A DNA stretch of 64,000 bases from positions 23,190,001 through 23,254,000 of the forward strand of contig CM052818.1 in NCBI GenBank assembly GCA_028534125.1, in the 5' to 3' direction. Position numbers and translations under genes: made by a program. This stretch comes from Lama glama (lineage: Eukaryota). Every line of letters begins with the position of its first letter. The first letter of the stretch is position 1. Positions 1 to 12,290 of this stretch are shown here, piece by piece. The notes under the pieces are model-generated. The model was not told where the DNA came from. It did not search any database and worked only from the letters and a program-made list of their open reading frames with translations.

Positions 1-579
1 GTGGGATCCCCAGGCCACACCCTGCCACTGGCCCCCAAACAGAAAGATGAGACTATTTTTGGCCAATTTTTAGCAAATTCTCAGTATTTAGAGATTTTTT
101 TTCTTCCTTTGCCAATTGCAAACTCAGACTAATTGAACGTTAGTTAACACAATTCCATACTTGTGTTTGAAATGTAGTTATGGAGGGGAAAAAAAACCTA
201 CTCCCAGATGTAAAACAAACCAAAACTTGCATACAGAATGGAGAGCAAGTCCAGGCCTTTCAGTGTACTCATTTTTGGGGAGAAAAGTTTCTAAAAGGCT
301 TCTTTCCCACCGCCCCCACCCCCCCATAAAAAGGTTTCAAATGAAAAGAAAGTAGACGTTTTACAAACTCTTAAGTCTTGAATGGCTACAAATGTCTGTA
401 ATTTGGAGTCATATTTTTAAGAGGCTCTGTTTCTATATTGCCTTCTGGAATGATAAACTTGTGGAAAAGAAAGATTCCCAGATTCAGTGTCTCCAAAATG
501 CCGTGTGAGCACTTGGATGATGCCTGAAGGCAGGGCTAAATGAAACAACAAGCCTACAGAGTTATTTACTATTTTAATA

Positions 580-702
580 TTATTATTTTTATTTTTAAAC
601 TTGTAAGTTTTGAAAAAATTATAGATTCACAGGAAGTTGCAGAAAAATTTACGAAGTCTCATAGATCTTTCACCCAGGTTCCCCCAAAGATAAATCTTGG
701 AT
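580..702 (-). mobile_element. Old L1 (L1MC-like) 3' end fragment
   Basis: T-rich start followed by 'aattatagattcacaggaagttgca...ttcacccaggttccccca', resembling the reverse complement of L1MC 3' UTR termini. Boundaries approximate. Confidence 0.6.
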
Positions 703-1769
703 GTTATTTTTAATTAAACAGAGAAAATAAAAAGGGGCTCAAATCTTTCTGTGGCAAGCTCTCAGAAGATTGAATTTACACTTGAAAGACCACACTGATT
801 TAAATAATGAGAGGAAAGCATATCTTTGCCTAGTAAACAAATTTGAAGAAGTTTAAAATGTATTTGGGCATTTTATTTCTTTTCTTTTAAATATGTAGAA
901 ATCAGTCCATTGTTAGAGGTAAATGAACATCCAAGCTCCTCTTACTTACAGACCTGTGTAATCTGAGCCCTGATCACTGGTCCAGCCTCATCTCAAGTCT
1001 TCCTCCATTGTTGTCAGCATTCTCAATGCATAACTTTAGCAATTAAAAATGTCAGCCTCTGTAAAGAAAAATCCGTTAAGAAAAAAAAAAGTCTGGAGTA
1101 ACTATGAAAATTTCAGTGATTTGGGGCCACGTGAGTTCACAGGCATTTTCAGTAATATAAGTATGTTCATTTGTGGCAACTGAGAAATTCATGGAGAAAT
1201 TGACAACAAGAGAAATTATTAATTTGCTGTGTTTATATGTGTCACTCCCTCCACCCTGCTCCCTCATGACTGCAATGGAAGAAAGGAAAATTATTTTAGC
1301 TGTTTAAATCACATTTGTGTCTCCCATATTTTGGGGGAAAAAATGGCAAGCATTTGCCAGCTGAAAGGGTCTTCCCAGCCCTTCTTTGGCATGAAGGACA
1401 TTTCATACAAAGCGTTTTTCTTATCATGCTTTTTTGTCTCTTTGTCATAAAATAATTTGCTAACTTGAAAGCTCAAAATTGTCTTGAAACTGACTGGTTC
1501 CAAGAGAAGGTGTGGGATCCCTGTAGAATTTACCCATGTATTTACTCCAAATGACTTAAGTATATTTCTCTAGGACTCCTATTAGAGGTGCAACTATTGA
1601 TATTGAAACAAATTGATTGTGAAGTTTTAGCTTTAGAGTAAAGAAAGCTTCAACATCCTTGTTTAAAAAAATCCATCAGTAATAAAGCCTAACCTTACTT
1701 TTTACAAAGAGGTTTTTCGAGAGCCTGACATCTAGCCACTCAAAATCACAGGATATCAAAAACCTGTAA

Positions 1770-2285
1770 GTGATTGGAAACTACTTAAATGCCCAGAATG
1801 GGCAAATTGTGGCATATTCATACAAAGGAATACTATACAGCACTGTGAATCAATGAACTGCAGTTGTATACATGTGAAAATATAGATGACTCACAAGTAA
1901 TAATATTGAGCAAAAAGGCCAGATGTAGAGTTTATAGGGGTTGATTACATTTACGGGACATAGTTTAAGTGACGTAAAACTAATCAGTGGTGTTGGAAGT
2001 CAGCCTTTGGTGGGTGTGATGGGGTAGGCATTCCAAGGGAATAGGAGAGGGGTTTCTGGGATGCTGGGAGTATCTTTATTTTTTTTTTTTTAATGGAGTC
2101 ACTGTGGTTAGAATTCAGGACCTTGTGCACACTAAACATGTGCTCTACCACTGAGCCATTACCCTCCCCTCTATTGCCCTGTTTCTTGTTGCTTACCTGG
2201 TGTTTGATTTGGTAAACTTCAACAAGCTACAGACTTAACAGTTTTTGCATTTCCACTGTGTCCAATCCCATAAAATGTTAGGAAA
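1770..2285 (+). mobile_element. Old L1M 3' UTR fragment, interrupted by a SINE
   Basis: 'ttggaaactacttaaatgccc...aaattgtggcatattcatacaaaggaatactatacagca' is typical L1M ORF2-end/3' UTR sequence. Confidence 0.7.
2075..2169 (-). mobile_element. tRNA-derived camelid-type SINE (short form, diverged)
   Basis: Poly-T followed by the reverse complement of the SINE head (caggaccttgtgcacactaaacatgtgctctaccactgagccattaccctcccc). Confidence 0.85.
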
Positions 2286-3387
2286 AAACCCAGTAAGTGT
2301 AGTGGGATTATGGGAGCGCCTGGGTTGCTGGCAGTCATCCCAGCATCCTCCTCTCCAGACATGATGGCGGCCTCCGTTCCAGTCTGCTCAGACAGGGTGG
2401 CAGATGGTGAGGAGGTGGGGCAAGCTCCACGGAGACTGCATGGATGGTCTCTAATTATACTTTTCCTTTTAGAAAAAGATTTTTTTCCCCCAAAAGAGGG
2501 ACTTTAAATGATAGTTCATAGAAGAACCTCCTTGATGTCATCTACTCTTGGAATACTTTTCTCACTGATGGATCTGTGTGACTAAACCTGCACACACATC
2601 CCTAGCTCAGCGTCACGCTGCCTGACAGGAAGGGGTGGTGGCAGCCAGAAGGCTTGGAGTCTCACGAAGCTGGCTTCAAACCTCAGTGCTGCTTCTCACC
2701 TGCTCTGTGACCTTGGCAGGGTCCATGCTCTCAGCCTCAATATCCACCTCATAGGTGGACCCTGAGAATTAAATAAGGCCTTCCAAGGGGTACGTATTTT
2801 GTCTTGGGCATTGCCTGTTATGTGGCAGGCACTTCAGGAATAGTTCCTTACTTACATTGCCTCTAATTTTTCCTCTACTTGAGCAGGCATTATTTTTATT
2901 CTACAGCTGAAGAAATGGAGCTTGCCTGGAGCAAGATCACACCTACTGAGTGGCGGAGCAGGACTTGAACCCCAAGTGCCTAACTTCTCTTATATACTGC
3001 CTCAGACTCTGCGCCTGCAGCTGGCCTTGCTGCTGTGGTTCCAGAACCCCTGGGGCATAAGCTCCCCGAACCTCTGGTTATTTCATTTCCCCAGCTTGCT
3101 TGGCTGTAGGTAGCTCCTGGAAGCTCATCTGTTTCTCTTCCACCTTCTTCCCTATATGACAGTCTCTTTCCTCTCCTCCTGCTGTCCCCAGAGTCCCAGA
3201 TGCCAGAAATCCACAGAACAATCTCCCCTAACTGTGCCCTTCCCTGGGCCAGCCCTGATTTGCCTTCTGGGCTAGCAATGTTCCGCTTGAGCAGGGGTTC
3301 CTAACCACACAAGGCTTCCTACATCTGGAATTGGCTCAGAGGACCCAAGAGGAGGGTCCAGGCTATAGGAATATGAATGCGGTTGGG

Positions 3388-3550
3388 CAGGACCAATTAT
3401 ACAATTTGTAGGGCCTAGTGCAAAATAAGAATACAGAGCTCCTTGTTAGAAGGAAAAAAAATAAGAATTTCAATGACCACAGGGCATTAAACCAAGCACA
3501 GACCTTTCTGAGCGTGGGATCCTGGGCCTGCCCCCTTGAATCCTGCCTTG
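3388..3550. mobile_element. MER45A-like hAT-Tip100 non-autonomous DNA transposon fossil
   Basis: 'caatttgtagggcctagtgcaaaataagaatacagagctccttgtt...aagaatttcaa...gcattaaaccaagcac' matches the recalled MER45A consensus. Confidence 0.7.
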
Positions 3551-4204
3551 TGATTCTGCTAAACAGAGTCCTGAGATTTGTGGCGCTAGACATGGGTCCA
3601 GATCCCAGGATCCAAGCTGGATTCCATGGTCTCTTCAGAAGGGACTAGATTGTTGATGAAGTCAGTGGCCTATGTGTACTTAGGACCTGAGCAGAAAGAC
3701 TGCAGTAACCTGGGGACTTGCAGCCCCGGTGACCTAAGGCTCTGAGGTCACAGTAACCTTAGGTGTTAGGCCTCTGTTGTGTGGCCTCAGGCTCCAGGGC
3801 TGTGGCCTGGCTGGTGGGCCCTGTAGCAGGGAGGGGGAGGCGGGATGGTGATGGGGAGATGAAGTACCTGGGGAGCAGCTTCGAAGGCCAAAGGCAAGAG
3901 TGAGGGGATGCTTGGGATCTGGACCTTGGAGGGAAGAGGCAGATAGAGCCTCCAGGGCTAAAATGCTTCAGGCCAGGACTTAAGGAAGCTGAGGCAGATG
4001 CCTTACAGACTTTCAGACTGGAATGACCATTGGTTTCCAGGGCTCTGGAGGGCTGCCGATGGCTTCCAGCACTTTGTTGGGCCTTGAATGGGGCCGATGA
4101 CCTCGTTCCCTATTCTTCAGCGAGGTCCTCTGCGATTACGCGTCAGCAGGGGCCCCCAATTACACTATCTCTTCCTCTACACTGTCTTAGCACAGACTCA
4201 GACA

Positions 4205-4430
4205 CGGAGAGCACAGCCTCTGACATTAGAGGGATATGGGCTCCAATTGTGACTCTATCATTTACTAGCTGTGTGACCCAGCCAAGCAATTTAACCTCTC
4301 TGAGTCTTTGTTTCCTGAAAAGAGGATAATGAAAGTACCTGCTTCATTAACTGGATGTGAGGAAGAGATGAAAAAATAGAGCCAGAGTATCTACAACATA
4401 GTAAGGACTCCATAAACTGATCATTGTTAA
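4205..4430 (+). mobile_element. MIR SINE
   Basis: MIR core 'tttactagctgtgtgacc...caatttaacctctctgagtctttgtttcct'. Confidence 0.75.
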
Positions 4431-5429
4431 CAGTCACGTAGGAGGAATAAGATAATTAATGTGAACAGGTAGTGTGGTGTATGGGGATAATTTCTGTTTC
4501 AAAGTGTAGGTGTGAGACTCAAAATGAAAAAGTGTCTGTGGGACAGAAGCTCCCAGCATGGTGCCCAGTGCTTGACAGGGGCAAACATGTAAGCTATTTG
4601 TTCATCTTTTTCCAGCTGTCCCCAGGGTTCCATCCAGGACTTGGAGCCTCCTGTCTCTCAAGTTCCCTTAGACAGCTTATGTCTCACGGCTCTCTGGCTT
4701 GGCAAGCAGCCGTGATGAGAGGGTCTTAAGTGTGGATGTGTGGAGGGAGAAGTGTGTCTTGAGAGGAGCCTGGAGTCCTGGTGACCTTGGGCAGATCCAG
4801 GGAGAGGGGCAATCCAGCTGACTTACTCTGCCCGCCGGTCCTTGCCTCTGGGCAGATACCCCAATGTCTCTATCTGCCACTCACCCCAGGCCGGTATAAA
4901 CCTCCATGCCCCCATTCACCACGAAAGGGGCCCCAGTCTCTTTGCTCCTTGGCCAACAATTCAGATCCTAGCAGTCAGCCCGAACTTCTTTATCCTTTTG
5001 TCTCCTGATCCTCACCCTAAGCCCCTCCTCTCTTTACTTCTTCCAGCCTTTATCTTTTTTCCAACCTTATTTAGCCCCCCAGCCCACCCTATCTCACCAG
5101 GTTTTAATGCAAACCTGCCCACCTCCACCCCTACCTAGCATTCCCCAACAGCCCCCCAACTGTCCCTCCCACCTGGCCTCTCCCCCTGGGCTCTGGTGAG
5201 GGTCTACGTAACCCAGTGAAATCTCTGGAGGAGCATGCACGCTGCTATCTGGAGAAGTGTGTGCCGGCCATTCCATTCTGATAGAGGCATATACCCCTGG
5301 CCAGAGTGTGGGCCGTCCTGCTCGCTCTCAGGCTCAGGGATGCCCCTGACGTGCCCTCCTGTCTGCCTCTTCCAGCCTCACCGAGCGCCACGGGCTCCTG
5401 GGTACCGGCGAGTCAGGCCTGTCTCCGCT

Positions 5430-5560
5430 GTTGTTTATGTAATCCTTCCCTGCAGTAACAGGGTGTTTACTGTTGCACAAACACATTTTGGTTTAACGGC
5501 TGACAGTAAAACTGTCTGATAAAGTTTGATTTAGTGCAAGAAAGCAAAATAAATCTGGGG
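5430..5560. promoter_or_regulatory. Candidate conserved enhancer block (forkhead/bicoid-type homeodomain/MEIS/GATA motifs)
   Basis: Repeat-free AT-rich island inside CpG-containing GC-rich flanks. TGTTTAT 5432, TAATCC 5440, TGTTTAC 5464, TGACAG 5501, TGATAA 5517. Conservation is inferred, not measured. Confidence 0.45.
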
Positions 5561-6269
5561 GCACTGAGAGCAGTGGGGAGGAGAGACACTCCTAGGGCTT
5601 TACAGAAGGGGCAAGAGAGCGAGGCCGGCGGAGCGGCCCGACTCCCTGGGCCGCTCTTTGTGCCTGTCTCCCAGAAGCCTCTCCACCGGCACCTCTGCAG
5701 AAAGCCGAGTTCTCGCTACACTGGTAAGTTCTGGTCCTGGCCTTTCTTTGCCATAGCGTATGCGCCGGCTTCCTCTGTGGTCTGTCCTGAATCGTCTCCA
5801 TCCTTCAGCATCCGACGTAATTTGTTGCTCCCCCAGGCAGTCTCCCCTGATTGCTCAGGCTCAGGTAGAGCTGGCAGTGTGGCCTGAGAGAAAAATCTTT
5901 GAGCTGGGAGACTAGACAGCACTCTGGGGCTTATTAGCAGTGTAACCGCAGGCAAGTCGCATTGCCTTTAGGAATCTTGGTTCACTCAGCTGCAGGACGG
6001 GAGTAAATACATACAAGGGCTTGGTCCTTCATAAAGCTCTGCCCACATTTAAGGCACTCCTATCTTGTTCTCATCTGAAACCTCACAAGGCACGTCTTGG
6101 CTGTGCACTCAACTCGTGCTCCGCTCACAAAGCAAGGCAGGGTGATCATCTGTCCTTCAATGCGCGTGATGATACTGCAGGCTGTTTTCAGTCCCCTCTT
6201 CCCGGGCTGTCTCCTACTCCTGATTTGTCAGTATAGGGCTGGGGCGAGGCAATGTGTCCCCATGACATG

Positions 6270-7300
6270 TTTTTTTAAAGTTTTTATTGAAGTATAACAT
6301 ATATACAGAAAAGAATACACATCTTAAGAATATAGCTTGGTGACATTTCTCAGACTGAACACATCCATGTAATCAGCACTCTCATCAAGATACAGAACAC
6401 TTCCCCTGCTCCCGATGCCCCAGCCCCCAGACCCTTGAGCTGATACCTGCTCAAGGGCAATCACTGTCTTGACTTCACCACAGATTAGTCCCACCTGTTT
6501 CTGTACTGTATACAAACGTACATAAATAACTGTAACATGGACTCTTTTGTACCTGGCTATTTTCTGCTCAACATCACGTTTGTGACATTCATCTATATTG
6601 TTGTGTGAAGCAGTAGTTCTTTCATTTTCGTTGCTGTGTCGGATTTCATTATGTGAGTAAGCCACAATTATATATCCATTCTATTGATGGTGGGTCTTTT
6701 AAGGGAGTTTCCAGTTTATGTATATTATGAATTGTGATGCTGTGAGCACTCTTGTGCATGTATTTTGGTGAATGCATTTCTTTTGGATATATACCTGACA
6801 TGGAATTATTAGGTCCGAGGGTATGTATACCCAAAGGGCAGCTTTAGAAGATACTGCAGAATAGTTTCCAAAAGAGGATGTGCCAATTTATGTTCCACTG
6901 AACATTTGGTATTGCCTGTCTTTTTCATTTCAGCCACTTTGAGGGGTGTACAGTGGTATCTCACTGATGGTCCAGTTTGTATTTCTGATTACTAAAGACA
7001 TTAGGGTACGTTTCCTTATGGTTATTGGCCATTTGTATATCCTCTTTTGTGAAGTGCTTGTTCAAGTCTTTTGCCTATATTTCTACTGAGTAGTTTGTCT
7101 TTTTTTAATGATTTGTAGAGGTTAGGTATATAGTCTGGATCTACGTCCTTTGTCATACACACACACACACACACACACATACACACACACACACATAGTC
7201 TTTGAAATCATCTCCCACACTGGATTGGCTCTCCAGTCTCTTAATTGTGTCTTTTGAGGAACAGAAATTCTTCCTCTGAATAGAATCCAGTTTATTTAAG
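6270..7300 (-). mobile_element. Old L1M (L1MD/ME-like) 3' portion
   Basis: Starts 'ttttattgaagtataacatatatacagaaaag' and continues into antisense ORF2-end sequence ('ttattggccatttgtatatcctcttttgtgaagtgcttgttcaagtcttttgcc'). Confidence 0.8.
7157..7195. repeat. (CA)n microsatellite, interrupted once
   Basis: Directly visible CA run with one TA interruption. Confidence 0.95.
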
Positions 7301-7619
7301 TTTCCAGGAAATATGCTTTGACTGGCTGAATCCAGCTTCTATCGTCCTGGCTGACTTCATTCTTTCCTACTGAGTTATCCTGTTTTCCCTGTCTGTCCTG
7401 TGTCTTGAGGGAAATAAAAAGATGGTTTTCAAGGAAAACCCTATAGTTCAGGCCCAAACTGTTCACCTTGAAGCCTTTTCCACTTGGAAGTGTTGCCTAA
7501 GAATTCCTAGTTCCTATGCCTGGGAACCTCCCAACCCCTTCCCCTTTTCCCAAGAATCCAGGTTAGTTTTGTGGACTAATCTTCCTTCTTCCACTTAAAT
7601 CTGATTAGCTCATTCAAGA

Positions 7620-8270
7620 AAACCTAACAGGCCAACAAGCAAATGAGGAGTTGCTCTAACTCATTAATAATCAGAGAGAAGCAAATTAAGTAAATAAGAA
7701 GGTATCACTTCATAGCTATTGGACTGGCAGAAATTAGAAAGCCGGATAACTCCAGGTGATGGCTGGAATATGAGGGTGTAAGGATGTGCATGCCCTGCTG
7801 GTTGGACTGTATCTGGACAGCAAGCAGGACTACTGAATTGAAACTTTTGATATGCTGGGTACCAGCAGTTCCTTTCCCACAGGCCCAGGAGGGACATGTG
7901 TGTCATAGTATCGCACTGGTGGTAGGGAGCATCTGGGTGTCATCCTTGGGGGAAGTGGATGGGTAGGCTTGGTAGCTACACACCATGGAATATTACATAA
8001 TAGTTGGAAGCAACAGATTAGATGTACACTCAGTAGCACGAATGGATCTTTGAAATATAGTGCTGGGTGGAAAAGTAAAAAACAGAAGAAGATACACAGC
8101 ATAATGCTATTTGTGTAAGTTAAAAATACTTATGCCCAAAAGCAATATAAGCACTTTGCCAAAGCACAAACAAACCAAGAGATATGTATACACTGGACAC
8201 TTTGAGAGGGTTGCCTGTGGGGGGATGGGCATGAAGAATAGGAATAAAAAGGGATTTTAAAATTGAAAAA
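7620..8270 (+). mobile_element. Old L1M ORF2-end/3' UTR fragment
   Basis: 'ggccaacaagcaaatgaggagttgctctaactcattaataatcagaga...' is the degenerate equivalent of L1 ORF2 'ANKHMKRCSTSLIIRE'. Confidence 0.7.
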
Positions 8271-8674
8271 TGTTCTTAAGTCACCATTTGCAGCTTTTGT
8301 GAAAAAGAAGGGGGTGATTTTTAAAAACTCTGATACCTCAACCTTCTTTTGCTTAATGCATCTTCTGTCTCCATCTTTAAAAATCCCCTTACTCATACTT
8401 TCTTCTGGTTCCCTTCCTAAAGGTCTCAGGCCTCATTTGTCAATGTCCCTTCAGATCAGCCCCTCTGAGGCCATGCCCGACAACTTATAAGTTAACGTTT
8501 ACAAATATCCACATTTACTCTGAACAAATACTCGGCACACTGGGGCCAACACACAGTCCCTGGGAACTGGGGGTTGTAGGGAACAGGAAGACTTGAGGGG
8601 GGACCCTGTCCTACTAGTTATGGTATCTGGCACCCGGGAGCTGCTCAGTCAATGTCTTTTGAATGAACAAAGGA

Positions 8675-9065
8675 AATTCTAGCTCTGCTGTTTACCAACT
8701 GTGTCAACCAGGGCACATACCTTCACCTCTCTGAGCTTTGCTTTCCATCTCTGTCAAAATGGAGATAATAATTACAGTTCTGACCTCACAGGGTTATTGT
8801 GAAGCTTAGATGAGATTGTTGCCTTGGAAAGCAACTTCGTTAACTGTAAAGAGTTATCTGTGCAATGGAAAGAAGGTAGAGAAGAAAATGTAGGAGGCTC
8901 AAATCCCAGCACTTCTGTGTATTAGCTATGGGACCTCGAATAATGTAGCATCCTTTTGTCTCAGGTTTTAAATTCTGTAAAACAAAAAACAATAATGTCA
9001 ACCTTGTAGAGTTGTTATGAAGATGAATGACAATACATATTTGGTGTTTAATCATAGGTGTTTGG
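8675..9065 (+). mobile_element. Two adjacent MIR fragments
   Basis: 'cacctctctgagctttgctttccatctctgtcaaaatggagataata' and 'ctcaaatcccagcacttctg...ctcaggttttaaattctgtaaaa'. Confidence 0.65.
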
Positions 9066-9089
9066 AAAATGGGAGATATATATATTTCT

Positions 9090-9570
9090 ACCCATTAATT
9101 TATTCAGTGAATTCTCTTTGAACGTCTACAATGGGCCAGGCAAGATTCTAGGCACTGGGAATGGAGCAGTGAACAAAACAGACAAAAAATCCCCAGACCC
9201 TTGTCTTTTGGTCTAGTAAGGAGAGTTCAGACAAGAAACAGTATTAATAAGATATGTAATATGCTAGTTGATGATAAAGTCTGTGGCAAAAACTAAGCAG
9301 GAGAGGGAAATAGGGAGCAGAAGGGGTATGGTGGAAGGGATTTCATTTTTATGTAGAGTGGTTGGCCAAATCCTAGCTGAGAAGGAGATATCTAAGCAAA
9401 GACTTGAAGGAGGAGGGAAAGCAAGCCCTGGGGAAGTGCAAAAGCCCTGAGGTGACTGCACACCTAGTGTGTTCAAGGCACAGCAAGGAGGCTGGGGTGG
9501 CTGGGATGAGCTCAGAGAGCTAAAGGCAGCAGTAGGGCTGATGGTAGAAGCCCCACTTAAAGACTGCTGT
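9090..9570 (-). mobile_element. L2 LINE 3' fragment
   Basis: 'atttattcagtgaattctctttgaacgtctacaatgggccaggcaagattctaggcactgggaatggagcagtgaacaaaacagac' is an antisense L2 3' end. Confidence 0.75.
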
Positions 9571-9662
9571 AAATTATACCTGGCTGCACAGGGGTATCTT
9601 AGGGGAGGAGGAAGGATTGAGGGGGATGTGATTTTCGGGTGGGGAGGAGGAGCCAAGGTAGG

Positions 9663-10143
9663 TATATTATTTATCTATGGCCACCTTCCAAATTACCTGC
9701 AAACTTAGCAGCTTAAAACAACCACCATTTACTATCTCAGAGTTTCTATGGGTCAAAAATTCAGGCACCACTTAAGTCTGTCTGATGGCTACAATCAAGG
9801 TGAGTGGGGCTGCAGTTACCTGAAAGCTTGAGGAGTGGTGAGGGTCTGCTTTCAGACTCACTCTTGTGGCTGTTGGCAGGCTTCAGTTCCTCACAGGCTG
9901 CTGGCGTCTCCCTCCATTCTTTGCCATGTGGGCTTCTCCCAGTTCAGAGCCAACATGGCAGCTGGCTTCCTTCAGAGCAAGAGAGTTATGTCCACGAAGG
10001 AAGCCATGGTCTCTGAGTAACATCATCTTGGATGTGGCATCTCATGAACTTTGCTTCATTCTATTCGCTAGAAACAATTTCAAGAGGAGGAGATTACACA
10101 TGCGGGAATCAATGGGTGATGAGAAGTGAGGCTGCCTACCACG
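9663..10143 (-). mobile_element. MLT1-family (ERVL-MaLR) solo LTR
   Basis: Begins with the antisense MLT1 3' end ('aaattacc...aaacttagcagcttaaaacaac') and ends 'gaggctgcctaccac'. Confidence 0.8.
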
Positions 10144-10539
10144 GTGGAGCTGTGATTGTCGGGCGGGCAGGATGCGAAGTTATCTGTCCAGATGCAGCAG
10201 GGACTTTTGAAACTTACTGTGTCAGTACAATCCAGTTGTACTACTTCCTACAAGGACTAGAAGTAACTGAATCTATTTGGCTATCTAGCTATCTAGCTAT
10301 AGACTACTGTGATGCTGTGTGGTCCCAGCTAGCCCGGCTCATTAGACCCTCCGGCCGCTCCTTCTGGGGCTAGGTTGCAACTCGCAGGGGAAAGGCATTG
10401 GTTGTGTGTGCGCACATGCGCATGCCCCTATCTGGGCTTTCCTTCCGTGATGTCTGCATGTGGAGTCCCGCTCTTCCCTGAGCCCCGAGACCCCTGGGTT
10501 CACCTTTCCTTGCTCCCTCCTCTGCACTTTGTCGGAGGT

Positions 10540-11170
10540 CACGTGGGAGGAAACAAGCCCCACGCGGTTTTAATCATTTTGCTATAAAAACCGGGCTGCT
10601 CTCCGCTTTGATCCAGGCTGAGCTGCTGGAGGAAGGGCTGGGGGCCGGGCTGGCCTGTCCGCGGAGCAGCTCCGCACACGGCTCCCACATCAGACGACAG
10701 CCGTAAAATGGAGCACAGCTCATTAATTCTCCCTCTTAACCAGGGCACCTGACAAGAAGTGACTTTGAAAACCCGGAGGACGGATGGGCGGCGGGTGGGC
10801 GGCTCTGGGGCTATGCGAGGAACATCTGTTTCCAGGTCCCTGGCTGTTAAATTGACATCTTTTTATTTGAAACGTTTCTTTTATTTCCCAACTTCCTGCA
10901 ATTGGCAAGGTCTCTGTGCCAGGGAGTAAACCTCATAGCTTTGTGGGCCGACTGTGGGAGCCGAGTGGCTTTGCAGTCCTGCTGGACACGCTCCTAGGGC
11001 CATAGTGGGCAGCCTGGCGCTCCGTCAATTATGAAATCTGTGTTTGTGCAGAGAACATCAAACCCCGTAAAAACCCCAAATGGCCTTGAAATTGAAAACC
11101 CTGTGAATGTCTGTAAGCCTCCATGTGAGAAATATTAGCATTTAAGAACTGGAAAATTCACTGGGAGCCT
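10540..11170. promoter_or_regulatory. Candidate conserved regulatory block, locally CpG-enriched, with TATAAAA
   Basis: Non-repetitive, with raised CpG density at about 10.33-11.03 kb, TATAAAA at 10583-10589 and AT-rich homeodomain-like tracts. Confidence 0.4.
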
Positions 11171-11988
11171 GGCATTTTCCATCAAGTGTCTTCTCTCCTT
11201 GGGACCCGGCAATCAAGTTTCCTTAACAAGAATGACCCAACCCCTGTGCCTGCAGCCTTCATCCTGCATGCTGAGACAGCTACTCATGGCCAAAGACCCA
11301 GTTTCAATTAATCTCCCCCTGGCCAAGGTCACTGGCAAAGGCTGGGTTGACCCTTCTCAGGGTGACAGCTCAGGGCTTTTAGGATGGAGGACTGGAAGTG
11401 GTGGGTGGATGATTCTAATTATCTTTACATTGTCCTGAGGGCCTTTGGGTTATCTTTCTTCCTGGCAGTCTGATCCACATGCTTTATCCTTCATCCTTCA
11501 GGGCCCATCCTTGGCCAGGTGGGTCATTGTCAGCAGGACAGATGGCAGTCAATCATTGTTTGAGAAACAGTGGCATTGCAGAATCCCAAGGGATCACAAA
11601 GAGATAACTGCATCTGGTATATCCTCTGGCGTGCACAAATATATGTGTGTGTATGTGTGCACACATACATGGTGCCAGAATGTGAGTTTGAGTATTGTTA
11701 CCTCTGTGTGAAAGCATTGGTACCATGATGTCTGTGTTTCTGAAGTGTGTGCCTATGAAGTGAGTGGATGGGTGCATGGACATCTTTGTCAGTACTTGTA
11801 TCTGTGCATTAAGGTGCATAAGGAACTGCTGGGATGAAGTGTGGATGTGTGTGAAGATGAGATTTTCCTCATTATCATGTCTCCATCTCATGAAAGTGAT
11901 GGACATGTCCTTGTTGATTCTGCTTTAACAGTGATTTTAACACTCATGTTCCTTAATATCCAAGACCTCGAGTATTCCCATCCCCAGC

Positions 11989-12083
11989 TTTTTTTTTTTT
12001 TTAAAATAGAGGTACTGGGGATTGAGCCCAGGACCCCATGCATGCTAAGCATGTGTTCTACCACTGAGCTATACTCACCACCC
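11989..12083 (-). mobile_element. tRNA-derived camelid-type SINE (short form)
   Basis: Poly-T followed by 'gaggtactggggattgagcccaggaccccatgcatgctaagcatgtgttctaccactgagctatac'. Confidence 0.9.
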
Positions 12084-12099
12084 GCCCATCTTTAAAGGT

Positions 12100-12290
12100 C
12101 CCATTAAGATTGTAGGCTCTTGAGTCAGATTGCCTGGGTTTGAATCCTGGATCCATCTTTCTCTAGCCACATGATCTTGGGCAAGTTGCTTAACCTCTAT
12201 ATACCTCAGTTTCCTTATCTGTAAAAGGAGACTAAAACAGTACCAAATTGGAGAAGCCAAGAAATAATTCATGTAAAGCAATGTGAAACT
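12100..12290 (+). mobile_element. MIR SINE
   Basis: 'gagtcagattgcctgggtttgaatcctgg...tgatcttgggcaagttgcttaacctct...cctcagtttccttatctgtaaaa'. Confidence 0.85.
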
